Assembly (NCBI GenBank): GCA_964016885.1
Contig: OZ024741.1
Location: forward strand, 407,526,001 to 407,590,000
DNA from: Eledone cirrhosa
Lineage: Eukaryota
DNA length: 64,000 nucleotides
Direction: 5' to 3'
Position numbers and translations under genes: made by a program. Each line of letters starts with the position of its first letter. Positions within the stretch are counted from its first letter, which is position 1. Of this stretch, positions 42,701 to 57,378 are shown in pieces. Below the pieces are notes generated by a model. It saw only the letters and a list, made by a program, of their open reading frames with translations, was not told where the DNA came from and did no database searches.

Positions 42701-43685
42701 TGGTGGTGCTTTTGTTGTTGATGGTGGTGGTAGTGTGTTGTTGGTGATGGTAGTGTTGATGTTGGTGGTGGTGGTGGTGGTGGTGGTGGTGGTGATGCTT
42801 TTGTTGTTGATGGTAGTGGTAGTGTGTTGTTGGTGGTGGTAGTGTGTTGTGGTTGTGGTAGTGTTGATGTTGTTGTTGGTGGTGGGGTGCTTTTGTTGTT
42901 GATGGTGGTGGTAGTGTGTTGTTGGTGGTGGTAGTGTTGATGTTGGTGGTGGTGGTGGTGGTGCTTTTGTTGTTGATGGTGGTGGTAGTGTGTTGTTGGT
43001 GATGGTAGTGTTGATGTTGGTGGTGGTGGTGGTGGTGGTGGTGGTGGTGATGCTTTTGTTGTTGATGGCAGTGGTAGTGTGTTGTTGGTGGTGGTAGTGT
43101 TGATGTTGGTGGTGGTGGTGGTGGTGGTGCGGTTTTGTTGTTGTTGGTGGTGGTGGTGCTTTTGTTGTTGATGGTGGTGGTAGTGTGTTGTTGGTGGTGG
43201 TGCGGTTTTGTTGTTGGTGGTGGTGGTGGCGCTTTTGTTGTTGATGGTGGTGGTAGTGTGTTGTTGGTGGTGGTAGTGTTGATGTTGGCGGTGGTGGTGG
43301 TGCTTTTGTTGTTGATGGTGGTGGTAGTGTGTTGTGGTGGTGGTAGTGTTGATGTTGGTGGTGGTGGTGGTGGTGCTTTTGTTGTTGTTGATGGTGGTGG
43401 TAGTGTGTTGTTGGTGTTGGTGCGGTTTTGTTGTTGTTAGTGTTGTATTTGTTGTTGTTGTTAGTGTTGTATTTGTAGTTGTTGTTAGTGTTGGAGCTGT
43501 TTTCGGTGTTAGTGTTGTATTTGTTGTTGTTGTTAGTGTCGGTGTCGGTGTTAGTGTTGTATGTGTTGTTGTTGTTAGTGTCGGTGTCGGTGTTAGTGTT
43601 GTATGTGTTGTTGTTGTCAGTGTTGGAGTTGTTGTTGTTGTTAGTGTTGTATCTGTTGTTGTTAGTGTTGGAGTTGTTGTTGCTA
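39740..43685. repeat. GGT/GTT compound minisatellite
   Basis: Recurring ggtagtgtgttgtggtggtggtagtgttgatgtt(ggt)n units with variants. Confidence 0.95.
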
Positions 43686-44087
43686 TTTAGATTAAGGAGG
43701 AAAACAGTCTCAAGCAGCGATTTGATACAATACGCTTCACAAATGTCCATACCATCTAATATTCTTAAGCAAATACTACGTAGGACTATATCATTTGATG
43801 TGCCTATATGTTTCAGACTGTATTGTGTAATTTGAGGAGGTTTTGACAGCTGTAACTTGTAGAACGCGCGACCACATAAAGATTCCCTCACAGAATGACC
43901 TTTTGGTAGGTTTATAAAAGTCACACGCACATACACACATATGGATTCATTCGTTATTTGTGTTGTTAAATCAATTGGAATTATATGTTTCAACACTTTA
44001 TCTCACAGCCACTGGGTTAAGTTTCAATCGACACACTATCGCCTCAATCTATATAATAGGCTAAAATCCAAAATCCAGAGCCTTCTC

Positions 44088-44276
44088 ACTCCTACATGGA
44101 GGAACTCCTGAATGGAGGAACTCCTACATGGAGAAACTCCTACACGGAGGAAACTCCTGAATAGAGGAACTCCTACATGGAGGAACTCCTGAATGGAGGA
44201 ACTCCTACATGGAGAAACTCCTACATGGAGAAACTCCTACATGGAGGAACTCCTGAATGGAGGAACTCCTACATGG
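44088..44276. repeat. 16-bp tandem repeat, ~12 copies
   Basis: Units ggaggaactcctacat / ggaggaactcctgaat. Confidence 0.85.
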
Positions 44277-44279
44277 CTG

Positions 44280-44690
44280 ACCTCCACTGCTTCCTATCTC
44301 TGACCATATTAGGACATATGGGGCCGAGGTATAGGGTTAGAATATCCGGCCATCTGACTTTGGGCCACCCTCTGGTTCATCTCCACTGCCTTGGTGTCCA
44401 CTCTGTCACTTCAATAGTCAACATGTTCTCTCTGAAACAAGAGATATGCCCAGCCCATCGTTGTTTGCCAGTCTTGTTGCTCTCAATTATGTCCTTTATG
44501 CCAGTTGCTTTCGAATCCAGGTGTTAACCTTCCTATCGTGTAAAATGGTGCCGAGCAACATCCCCTCCATTTTACTTTAGGCCACTGGAAGAGTCTCTGC
44601 AGCTGTGGTGTTGAGTGCCCATGTCTCACATCCATGTCATCACCGACAGAATATATTCATTAAACAGCTCTATTTTGATTTCGATTGTGG
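44280..44690 (-). mobile_element. RTE LINE 3' remnant
   Basis: GCETWALN...LHDRKVNTWIR...RWAGHIS...EWTPR...RGWPKVRW, with disruptions. Confidence 0.75.
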
Positions 44691-46512
44691 ACTTATAACC
44701 TAACTTTTTTCAGAATTTGTAATATATTAAATATTTTGGGACAAAATCTCTTCCATATTCTCCACTCTTTTGAAAAAACTTCACAGTAATTGAAAAAAAA
44801 AATGCTAAATAATAAAATCTATATTTTCGGAACAAATAGTTCCTTTGACCTAAGCTGCTTTATTTTACGAGAAAGTCGTGATTTTCGACCTTCTAATTAA
44901 TCTTATAAATGTGTGATAGCAAGTTGTAATTACATACGTCAAAAACAGGAAGTATGAAATAACTAAATTTGGCAACGTTAATTAAATTTCTAATTAAGTT
45001 TATATTTTAAAAAGAATTTGGATAAGGAAAGTTGAATTATATTGATTCATACAAAATGTGAAACATAAACTCGTTAAAAATACCGAGATTTTAGTGTTGT
45101 GGCTTCAGATAAGAAGTGCTAAATTCAGAATTATAGTACCAGCTTAGATTTACATTTAAATTATATATGTTAGTGTATGATGCATGTTGCATGTATATAT
45201 CTGTGGCTGTACACCTATGTCATTATATATATATATATATATATTGTGTTCGGAAAAGGTAGTTTTGGTAAAACAGGAGTAAGTAGGAGAAAGCTCGCAA
45301 CAATCGTTGTTTTTAGTTACGATGGAGAATTTTATAAAAATAATAAAATAAGATGCTGAGGTTACATATATCGTTTAATCATAATAATTATTTCTACGGT
45401 TCCCCATGCAATCGAGATGTCCTTCATGCATTTGCTGTTGATTATGAGAACGGTTTCCTCAGATGAAGATCGATATATTTGATATGCCGCTGGCAGGAAA
45501 ACACACATCCTAATGCCTGTGCGCCCAGCAGACATATGAGTTCCTTGAAGGGTTTGCCAGCCATCGCGTTTGTTAGAAAAAGCTATCAACGAAAAAAGAA
45601 GAAAAGAATGAAGAACCGTGTGCAACCAAAACCCAGTAGACAGTTGAAGGAACACAGGGAGCTCTGAGGGAGGTGGGGTATACATTTAGTTGACGACCAC
45701 CTATAGACAACAATAACAACGACAACTACAACAACAACAATGACAATAACATCAAACCGCCGACATAGTTGTCCACACTGGTCGTGCTGATACCATCACC
45801 CTATTGACAACAACAACTAAAACAACAGCTACAGTAAAAACACTTACAACGAGAACAGCAACAAACGACAACAACAGAAAAAAACACAGATTAGCGTCGT
45901 GTATACAGGTCGTATTCGTCGCGGTGACGGTACCACCCTGTCGACAATAACACCAAAGCAATAAAAAGGAGTTCAGAGGTAGATGGGTACGCAGAGTTGA
46001 TGGGATCAATCACCATGACCATATATAGCAACAACAACAATAGTAACGACAACAAACACCAACACCGCCCATCGTTCGTCGCAGTAGTGGTGGTATCATC
46101 TATGTCAGTATTAAGCCATTGGTAACACCAATAACAACAATACCACCAGCGATGACCCCACCACAGATAATGTAAGAGGATAGTTTCCACTCTACATCAA
46201 TATATATATGTGTATCTGTATGTCTCCTGCGTTGGATAGGAAGTCAATTATATGTACAAACATTGAAAAATGCTCCGAAGATCCCATGCCTAGGTTTGGA
46301 TGAAACAATTGTAAGTGAATAAATGCTTTGAACATAGCTTTGATTCTTGTGAATTCTATATAACTGCTCTGTAGAACAACTGATGTTATTACATTGAGCT
46401 ATTTATCTTACTGGTAATAAGGTAGTAATAAATTACTGACTTTCACTGTTTAGGGTTCAAAATATACATAAATATAAAAAGTTTAAAATATACATAACTA
46501 TAAATAGTATCC

Positions 46513-46562
<50 letters not shown>

Positions 46563-47118
46563 GCATTTCAATTCAGATATTTCCGTATATTGGCTTCTGC
46601 TACCAACAGTGCCTCTGCGACTTTATGTCTTCATCTCATGAACGACATTGTAGAAAAGCTAATATTATTTGATAGCTAGTATAGTCTCTTGTCTTCTTTC
46701 TGTCGAAAACATCTTCACATTTCCTAATTTCTGTATGGGCGATACATGTATTCTTCCTTGTCTCTGTTACTTGCTATATCCAGAATATAAAACATCGTCA
46801 GCTATTTATTGTTCTTCAAATACATTTTCACTGACTGGCAGAAAATTTACTTTCTCTCTTTTCTTCTGTCATAAACTGATTTCGTGAAGGATTCAGTTGT
46901 TGTTCTCCTGTTTCCTCGTAGTATTTCTATTTATTTTTGATAAGAATCTTATTATTGTCCTTGTTTTCCTATTTTGAGTATTTCTATAACTATTCTTACT
47001 GTCTCCCATCTTACTGGAGTTTATTCTTTAGGCGAGTTTTCTTATCCACATTCATTTTCATTTTGTTAACGCTACATAATTTGTGTAACTTTCCACTCCG
47101 TTTGCTGTTGTTGTCGTT

Positions 47119-47212
47119 TCTTCTTCTTCTTCTTCTTCTTCTTCTTCTTCTTCTTCTTCTTCTTCTTCTTCTTCTTCTTCTTCTTCTTCTTCTTCTTCTT
47201 CTTCTTCTTCTT
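47119..47212. repeat. (TTC)n microsatellite
   Basis: Direct inspection of the sequence. Confidence 0.95.
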
Positions 47213-47859
47213 CGCACATGTGTGAAGACGCACAAGTCTGAGGTAGAAAAGGTTCGTAACTTTAACCTGTTTCAAAGTATCATTTTTTATATTTTCTTGT
47301 CGATAACGGTTCCAAGGAGGGGAAACCTCTCAATATTCGGGCTTTATCCAGATTTATATTCAGATTTACAGATTTATTTTAAAAATCGCTTCTCCATAAA
47401 AAAAAAATAAATATGGAAAATTTCGACCTTTGAAACAGTAAACAACATACAGGTCAAAATTTCAAAATCAGCTACTATAAATCTCACAACTACTACTACT
47501 ACAGACAAACCTGTCACCCATCCCACTGAATACAGAAACAAGACAGTAGCAGTACCATCTCAAAATGACATCACCACCTCCACCGCCACTACCACCACCT
47601 CCACCACCGCAAACCACCACCAACACAACAACAACTCAGAACAACAACGACCATCACACCGACATCCTCAATGTAAACATTGTAAACCATGTAAACACTG
47701 ATGGCGGCGGCAACGGCAACGGCATCGGCAACAAGCAAAACAACAACAACACCAACAACAAGAGCAATGGAGGCGTCACCTTTGTAGCGGCAGCTGCGAA
47801 AACAAAGCGCTTTTCAATGTGGATATTAGCGATAAGGAGCAACAGTTGGCCCAGCCGTA

Positions 47860-50800
47860 GAGGTTAATTAAACGAGAGAAGTCCTGGGCAAACCTGGCCA
47901 TCCCGGACGGGGAAATGGCGGCCACGCAAAGGAGGACGGTGTACTTTCGATGCATTTCAGTGTAGACACGCAAAGTAGAACTCGCCAGCCAAGCAGAGGT
48001 CGAGGCAGCATTGAGGTGTATCGGAAGTGACATCGAGTACAAAGCAAGGGTCAAGCAGTTTGGTACCATCTCGGTACTGTTCAAAACCGAGGCCCTTGCT
48101 ATTAAGCACTCGGTGACCCCTGCAGAACGAAACGCATTATCACTCACCCGTCCCACATGGTCAAAAGGACAGTAAAGGTCCACAGTTCCAGGATCCCACC
48201 AGGAATGAACATATGGTGGCTCCTGGGATGCGTAATCGAGGAGGGGACAGACACAACCCTCCTGGATATCAAAAGAACAGAGAGAGAAGACTGGTCCGGA
48301 ATGGATTTGGAGATTCTTCTCAACAACATCCTGGATTTTGCCCGCCTGCAGGACGGGACAACAATCCAATTAATTACTGAGGGAAGAAGGCCACACTGCT
48401 TCGTCTGCGGGGAAGCAACGCATCTGTAAGCCTTCTGCCCTCATCTAAAAAATTCAGGGGGTCGCAAACCTCTCTTGTTGCCAACGCCAGTGTCAGCACG
48501 GAAAGCTGCATCACCGCCACCAAAAACAACACCAACAAAGACACGGGTAACCCCACCAACATCAAAAACAGCCGGACCACCACCGACACCGAAACCAATC
48601 CAAGGGGAAAACGAGGAAAGCTCTCCCACTCCTCCTACCCCTCCAATTTTACACATAGACAAAACAATAAACGCACACACAGACACATATATACTCACAG
48701 CCACAGACCCTTTGTCTTCCAGCAGCGAAGATGAAGGAAAACCCAGAAGTGCCAAAAAAACAGAGAAAACTCACAAAAAAAGCCCCAACAAAACACAAGA
48801 ACATACACAACTAAACATACAGACACGACTAACGCAAACACTTCCCCAATAACATCAGCACCAACATCAACATCAACAGCACACCCACAATCCCCGAAAC
48901 GCAAACAACCTAAACAAACACAAGAACAATTAAACACACAAATACCTGAAATTGCAGACACCACACCTACAACCAACACAGACATACCCGAAACAACACC
49001 ACCAAAACCATCACCACCACAGTCACCAAAACGAAAACAAATAAAACCACACCAACAAAATATTAAAAACTTCGTGCTTGTCAGAAGGGCCAACGAGAAA
49101 CTGAAGGCCCTCTTAGCACGAAGCGAGGACATTCAAACAGAGGGGGAGATCTTTGAAATGAGCAGATTTTGCGTGCCAAAAGATTTGCTTCTGATGCGAA
49201 TGTCGCTCGATTCCTTCAAAGAAATTCTGGAGAGCTTTCCTTAAGACGTGGGAACCACGAATGTGAAACCCACATCGAGACTTTTAAAGGGGTTCCCAAA
49301 AGAAACCCCATCAACCATGGAGATCGAAACACCCGACCTTCACAAGACCCCGGGAGGTAAGTAAACCTTCCCTCTCTCTTTTAGCTTACCAACATGGCCA
49401 TATTAAGAGTAGAAAGTTTAAATGTTCGCGGCCTGGGGTCACCCTGGAAGCAGGGTCGCCTGCTCAACAACCTCATGTCTCTGGAAATGGATGTGATTGC
49501 CGTCAGCGAGACCAGAATTTCCGACACGCGCGCACTAGGTCCCATTTTCGACGACTATCAGATCTTCGCATTTGTTAGCAGGCCGGAGTTGGGAGGTGGG
49601 GTGGCAGTGCTATTTAGGAAAGGACTGGATCTTGAGGTAAGGTCGATCTTCCGGGACGCAGACGGTAAGTTGGTGGTCTTGGATGTGAGCAGTAGCGAAG
49701 GTGGTGCTTTTAGACTGCTGACCGTCTACGCCCCTACTGGGGCCGGACGACCGGACTTCTTTAGGCACCTGGACACCTTTCTGGGTACGTCTCACCCTTT
49801 ACTGTTAGCGGGGGACTGGAACGGCAGGTTAGACGCACGCTGGGATTGTGTGGGAGTAGCTGATAGGAGAGGGGTGTGCAAAAGCCTCAAGCACCTAATC
49901 AGCCAGTTCAAGCTGTCTGACAGGTATCGACTAGATTTCCCCAATGCACCAGTGTGGACATGGACCAACCGCATGGTGTCATCTAGATCGTATATAGACA
50001 GGATCTTCATTAGGAAAATAGATAGAAATAGTGTAGGCTGCCCACTTTTTAAAACGGTCACCTATTCAGATCACAAATTTGTGATCTGTTTAGTCGACCT
50101 AGATAAAACGCGTAGGTTGGGACCGGGTTACTGGAAGCTGAACATGTCATTTCCGGCACGTAAGGCTTACAGGGACCGAGTCAACAATTTAGTTAAGCAA
50201 AAGTTGACAGGAGGGATCATCAAAAGAGAGATTAGAGTAACTTCGATAGAGTTCAGCAAAGAACTAGCGTTAGAGAAAAATAGAAAGGAGGGGGAGCTGG
50301 TAGACAAATTAGACGAGGCTATTTGTAGTGGCATTGCAACTGACGTGCTAGCGGCCAGAATGGCATTAGGCCATTTCTTCAATGCGAAACACGAAGGTTG
50401 CATTGTCAGAGCTAAGGCGCGTGCGCTGAGAACGAGGGAACCAAAGCTGTTCGATGGGCACACGTGGCGGAGGCGCAGCGTGGTAATAAAACGACAATTC
50501 AGTCTTTGGCCGACCGAGACGAACACGAGATAAGCGATTCCAAGCGGAGAGTGGTGGGTCAGAGAGAGTGGCGGACTTCAGTCCCTACCTTGACGGCTTG
50601 CCGCGCATCTCGACGGTCGATGCTGAGCGCTGTGAAAGGCCAATTACTTCAGTCGAAATTCAGGACGTCCTTGTCGGCTGCATGAGACGCAAGTCACCTG
50701 GTTTGGATGGCATGCCCTACGAGCTTTACGTAAATATGCCAGACTTGTTCTCCGATCTCCTCGAAGCGCTCTACTGCAACTGACAGCAGAATGGGAGTGT

Positions 50801-51228
50801 TCCCAGTTCTATGAGCAGGGGAGTGCTGACGCTGGTAAGGAAAGACGAGAACAAGAGGGATACATTAGACAACTTCACGCCCATAACTCGGCTCAACACA
50901 GAGTTTAAGATTTTGGCCAAGGTGTTAGCAAAGAGATTGTTGCTTGTCGTCGAGAATTTGGTTGGGGAGGCGCAAACTTGCGCAATCCCAGCCAGGTCCA
51001 TACACGACAATCTCCACCTCATGCGATACATCATATAGAGGGTTAGGTGTAAACCTGGCTTCGGTGGGGCACTGATCAATTTAGATCAATCGAAAGCATT
51101 CGACAGGGTCGATCATCGGTATCTGGGGGTTGTCCTCAAAGCGGCTGGCTTCGGCCCTGTCTTCAGAAGCTGGATCGCTACAATGCACAGCGGTACATAC
51201 TCAGTGGTCAAGGTTAATGGCCACCTCA
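47860..51228 (+). mobile_element. L1/Tx1-like LINE, degenerate and 3'-truncated
   Basis: ORF1 remnant with zinc knuckle CFVCGEATHL*AFC and a Pro/Thr-rich region. ORF2 starts at 49394 with APE (SLNVRGL, SET, VYAP, GDWN, SDH, GYWKLN) and RT start (KSPGLDG, PITRLN, LDQSKAFDRVDH), containing frameshifts and stops. Confidence 0.9.
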
Positions 51229-51607
51229 TATTCCAGCACAGACACATCCACAAATATAGAGGGGACATTATGAAGGAAAATTCCATCAAGTGTAGATGTT
51301 TACATAGAAATTTGATGATGAAAATATTCAAATATATATTAATAATCACTGTTTTCTATCAGCATCAATACCTGGCCACCCTTCCTATCGCCATCCTAAT
51401 GCAGCAGCATCACCGTCAATGTACAATAATACAGAGTTGCCCCATGTTAGTTAATAATGAAGATATTATCTAAAATGGCGACCTCGAGATTTCCCAGTCT
51501 ACGTCAGTGAGAAATACAATAGTTTGTTACGGGATTGAGGGAGTTCAACTCTGAGATATATATTTCCGATATCCTTCGTGTAATATTCGCTTCGCATTAT
51601 TTCATCT

Positions 51608-51793
51608 TTGAACTCAGAATGGCAAGGGCCTATCTCTATGCCATGCTTTGATGCATAGAGTTACGGCCCTTGCCATTCTGAGTTCAAATCCCGCCTACGT
51701 TAACTTTGCCTTTCATCCTTACGGGGTCGATAAAATAAAGTACCAGTAATGCATTGGGATAATTGCTGGCCTTGTGCCAAAAGTAGAAACAAT
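51608..51793 (+). mobile_element. SINE family S with 5' inversion
   Basis: ttgaactcagaatggcaagggcc is inverted at 51665-51687. Confidence 0.8.
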
Positions 51794-52223
51794 TATTTCC
51801 TCACCTTGGTAAATCATGGTTAATCATCGGACACAGTGGATTTGAAATAGATATGGATCAGAAATGGGATTCTGAACTGGAAAATGAAATAGATAACTAG
51901 TTTTAAATGAAGTGAAGCACTCATCTTGTGATATAATTTGTCGAAACACAAACGTAGGAGAAATTGGATTTAAAGAATCTACAGAATATCTTGTAAAATA
52001 TCGTACATAAAGAATGGTACATATAGAGAAATGGCGACCTATGGGATTGGGTAGTGATAGGACAATGATAAGATGAATAATAATAGTAGTGATAATAATA
52101 ATGAGAAGAAGAAGAAAAAGAAAAAGAAAAAGAAAAAGAAAAAGAAAAAGAAAAAGAAAAAGAAAAAGAAAAGGAAAAAGAAAAAATGTATGTGTGTACA
52201 ATAATTTGTGCTAATAGATGTTG

Positions 52224-52583
52224 ATTAAGTTGAATAAGAAACATATAGCGCATATTAAGTTGAATAAGAAACATATAGCGCATATTAAGTTGAATAAGAA
52301 ACATATAGCGCATATTAAGTTGAATAAGAAACATATAGCACATATTAAGTTGAATAAGAAACATATAGCGCATATTAAGTTGAATAAGAAACATATAGCG
52401 CATATTAAGTTGAATAAGAAACATATAGCGCATATTAAGTTGAATAAGAAACATATAGCGCATATTAAGTTGAATAAGAAACATATAGCGCATATTAAGT
52501 TGAATAAGAAACGTATAGCGCATATTAAGTTGAATAAGAAACATATAGCGCATATTAAGTTGAATAAGAAACGTATAGCGCAT
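52224..52583. repeat. 30-bp tandem repeat, 12 copies
   Basis: Unit attaagttgaataagaaacatatagcgcat. Confidence 0.95.
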
Positions 52584-52660
52584 AAAGCTTTTACAGCGCG
52601 AACAGGTTTTATTTTCGTAATATGAAATTTAAAAAAATCAGTTGTAATTAGTTGTCGTTT

Positions 52661-52760
52661 GTGGTCCTCAGACAACACACATGTGAGCCATGTGGCCCTC
52701 AGACAACACATATGTGACCCATGTGGCCCTCAGACAACACTTATGTGACCCATGTGGCCA
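52661..52760. repeat. ~31-bp tandem repeat, 3 copies
   Basis: Unit gtggccctcagacaacacatatgtgacccat. Confidence 0.8.
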
Positions 52761-52882
52761 TCGGGGGGACTTCAGTTTGACATGCCTGTTGTAGAGTACA
52801 TGTAACAGACATTCAGTAAAGTAAGTATTAAAAGACAACATAGGGAACGGGAAAGGACGTGGAGGAATAGGACGAAAAATAT

Positions 52883-55800
52883 CATGTAGAGATATGGGGC
52901 TGTGTGTCTTGTAATACATCATATCACTGATAACATGTAGAGACATGGGGCTGTGTGTCTTGTAATACATCATATCACTGATAACATGTAGAGACATGGG
53001 GCTGTGTGTCTTGTAATACATCATATCACTGATAACATGTAGAGATATGGGGCTGTGTGTCTTGTAATACATCATATCACTGATAACATGTAGAGACATG
53101 GGGCTGTGTGTCTTGTAATACATCATATCACTGATAACATGTAGAGACATGGGGCTGTGTGTCTTGTAATACATCATATCACTGATAACATGTAGAGATA
53201 TGGGGCTGTGTGTCTTGTAATACATCATATCACTGATAACATGTAGAGACATGGGGCTGTGTGTCTTGTAATACATCATATCACTGATAACATGTAGAGA
53301 CATGGGGCTGTGTGTCTTGTAATACATCCTATCACTGATAACATGTAGAGATATTGGGCTGTGTGTCTTGTAATACATCATATCACTGATAACATGTAGA
53401 GACATGGGGCTGTGTGTCTTGTAATACAACATATCACTGATAACATGTAGAGATATGGGGTTGTGTGTCTTGTAATACATCATATCACTGATAACATGTA
53501 GAGACATGGGGCTGTGTGTCTTGTAATACATCATATCACTGATAACATGTAGAGACATGGGGCTGTGTGTCTTGTAATACATCATATCACTGATAACATG
53601 TAGAGACATGGGGCTGTGTGTCTTGTAATACATCATATCACTGATAACATGTAGAGACATGGGGCTGTGTGTCTTGTAATACATCATATCACTGATAACA
53701 TGTAGAGACATGGGGCTGTGTGTCTTGTAATACATCATATCACTGATAACATGTAGAGACATGGGGCTGTGTGTCTTGTAATACATAATATCACTGATAA
53801 CATGTAGAGACATGGGGCTGTGTCTTGTAATACATCATATCACCGATAACATGTAGAGACATGGGTCTGTGTGTCTTGTAATACATCATATCACTGATAA
53901 CATGTAGAGACATGGGGCTGTGTGTCTTGTAATACATCATATCACTGATAACATGTAGAGACATGGGGCTGTGTGTCTTGTAATACATCATATCACTGAT
54001 AACATGTAGAGACATGGGGCTGTGTGTCTTATAATACATCATATCACTGATAACATGTAGAGAGCTGGGGCTGTGTGTCTGGTAATACATCATATCACTG
54101 ATAACATGTAGTGACATGGGGCTGTGTGTCTTGTTATACATCATATCACTGATAACATGTAGAGACATGGGGCTGTGTGTCTTGTAATACATCATATCAC
54201 TGATAACATGTAGAGACATGGGGCGGTGTGTCTTGTAATACATCATATCACTGATAACATGTAAAGACATGGGGCTGTGTGTCTTGTAATACATCATATC
54301 ACTGATAACATGTAGAGACATGGAGCTGTGTGTCTTGTAATACATCATATCACTGATAACATGTAGAGACATGGGGCTGTGTGTCTTGTAATACATCATA
54401 TCACTGATAACATGTAGAGATATAAGGCTGTGTGTCTTGTAATACATCATATCACTGATAACATGTAGAGACATGGGGCTGTGTGTCTTGTAATACATCA
54501 TATCACTGATAACATGTAGAGACATGGGGCTGTGTGTCTTGTAATACATCATATCACTGATAACATGTATAGACATGGGGCTGTGTGTCTTGTAATACAT
54601 CATATCACTGATAACATGTAGAGACATGGGGCTGTGTGTCTTGTAATACATCATATCACTGATAACATGTAGAGACATGGGGCTGTGTGTCTTGTAATAT
54701 ATCATATCACTGATCACATGTAGAGACATGGGGCTGTGTGTCTTGTAATACATCATATCACTGATAACATGTAGAGACATGGGGCTGTGTGTCTTGTAAT
54801 ACATCATATCACTGATAACATGTAGAGACATGGGGCTGTGTATCTTGTGATACATCATATCACTGATAACATGTAGAGACATGGGGCTGTGTGTCTTGTA
54901 ATACGTCATATCACTGATAACATGTAGAGACATGGGGCTGTGTGTCTTGTAATACATCATATCACTGATAACATGTAGAGACATGGGGCTGTGTGTCTTG
55001 TAATACATCATATCACTGATAACATGTAGAGACATGGGGCTGTGTGTCTTGTAATACATCATATCACTGATAACATGTAGAGACATGGGGCTGTGTGTCT
55101 TGTAATACATCATATAACTGATAACATGTAGAGACATGGGGCTGTGTGTCTTGTAATACATCATATCACTGATAACATGTAGAGATATGGGGCTGTGTGT
55201 CTTGTAATACATCATATCACTGATAACATGTAGAGACATGGGGATGTGTGTCTGGTAATACATCATATCACTGATAACATGTAGAGACATGGGGCTGTGT
55301 GTCTTGTTATACATCATATCACTGATAACATGTAGAGACGTGGGGCTATGTGTCTTCTAAAACATCAATTCACTGATAACATGTAGAGACATGGGGCTGT
55401 GTGTCTTGTAATACATCATATCACTGATAACATGTAGAGACATGGGGATGTGTGTCTTGTAATACATCATATCACTGATAACATGTAGAGATATAGGGCT
55501 GTGTGTCTTGTAATACATCATATCACTGATAACATGTAGAGACATGGGGCTGTGTGTCTTGTAATACATCATATCACTGATAACATGTAGAGACATGGGG
55601 TTGTGTGTCTTGTAATACATAATATCACTGATAACATGTAGAGACATGGGGCTGTGTGTCTTTTAATACATCATATCACTGATAACATGTAGATACATGA
55701 GACTGTGTGTCTTGTAATACATCATATCACTGATAACATGTAGAGACATGGGGCTGTGTGTCTTCTAATGCATCATATCACTGATAACATGTAGAGACAT

Positions 55801-57378
55801 GGGGCTGTGTGTCTTGTAATACATCATATCACTGATAACATGTAGAGAATTGGGCTGTGTGTCTTGTAATACATCATATCAGTGATAACATGTAGAAACA
55901 TGGGGCTGTGTGTCTTGTAATACATCATATCACTGATAACATGTAGAGCCATGAGGCTGTGTGTCTTGTAATACATCATATCACTGATAACATGTAGAGA
56001 CATGGGGCTGTGTGTCTTCTAATACATCATATCACTGATAACATGTTGAGACATGGGGCTGTGTGTCTCGTAATACATCATATCACTGATAACATGTAGA
56101 GATATGGGGCTGTGTGTCTTGTAATACATCATATCACTGATAACATGTAGAGACATGGGGCTGTGTGTCTTGTAATACATCATATCACTGATAACATGTA
56201 GAGACATGGGGCTGTGTGTCTCGTAGTACATCATATCACTGATAACATGTAGAGACATGGGGCTGTGTGTCTTGTAATACATCATATCACTGATAACATG
56301 TAGAGACATGCGGCTGTGTGTCTTGTAATACATCATATCACTGATAACATGTAGAGACATGGGGCTGTGTGTCTTGTAATACATCATATCACTGATAACA
56401 TGTAGAGACATGGGGCTGTGTGTCTTGTAATACATCATATCACTGATAACATGTAGAGACATGGGGCTGTGTGTCTTGTAATACATCATATCACTGATAA
56501 CATGTAGAGACATGGGGCTGTGTGTCTTGTAATACATCATATCACTGATAACATGTAGAGACATGGGGCTGTGTGTCTTGTAATACATCATATCACTGAT
56601 AACATGTAGAGACATGGGGCTGTGTGTCTTGTAATACATCATATCACTGATAACATGTAGAGAATTGGGGCTGTGTGTCTTGTAATACATCATATCACTG
56701 ATAACATGTAGAGACATGGGGCTGTGTGTCTTGTAATACATCATATCACTGATAACATGTAGAGACATGGAGCTGTGTGTCTTGTAATACATCATATCAC
56801 TGATAACATGTAGAGACATGGGGCTGTGTGTCTTGTAATACATCATATCACTGATAACATGTAGAGACATGGGGCGGTGTGTCTTGTAATACATCATATC
56901 ACTGATAACATGTAGAGAGATGGGGCTGTGTGTCTTGTAATACATCATATCACTGATAACATGTAGAGACATGGGGCTGTGTGTCTTGTAATACATCATA
57001 TCACTGATAACATGTAGAGACATGGGGATGTGTGTCTTGTAATACATCATATCACTGATAACATGTAGAGACATGGGGCTGCGTGTCTTGTAATACATCA
57101 TATCACTGATAACATGTAGAGACATGGGGCTGCGTGTCTTGTAATACATAATATCACTGTTGACCTGATAACATGGAGGATATGAGGCTGTGTGTCTTGT
57201 AATACATCATATCACTGTTGACCTGATAACATGGAGGATATGAGGCTGTGTGTCTTGTAATACATCATATCACTGTTGACCTGATAACATGGAGGATATG
57301 AGGCTGGGTGTATTGTAATATATCATATCACTGATGACTTGATAACATGTAGCGGTATGGAGCTGTGTCTTGTAATAC
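52883..57378. repeat. 51-bp satellite array, roughly 87 copies
   Basis: Unit catgtagagacatggggctgtgtgtcttgtaatacatcatatcactgataa. The terminal units carry a 7-bp insertion. Confidence 0.97.

Noticed and set aside
42326-43690. Mucin-like or His-rich 556-aa ORF
   Set aside because: Most of it is the stop-free strand of the GGT/GTT minisatellite. Only the unique N-terminal part is kept as a candidate exon.
45362-45685. Possible host exon
   Set aside because: No recognisable motif and no consistent pair of splice sites.
52883-57378. CRISPR-like regular repeat or long repetitive CDSs
   Set aside because: Units are head-to-tail with no unique spacers, there are no cas genes and the context is eukaryotic. 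The ORFs arise from a unit length divisible by 3.
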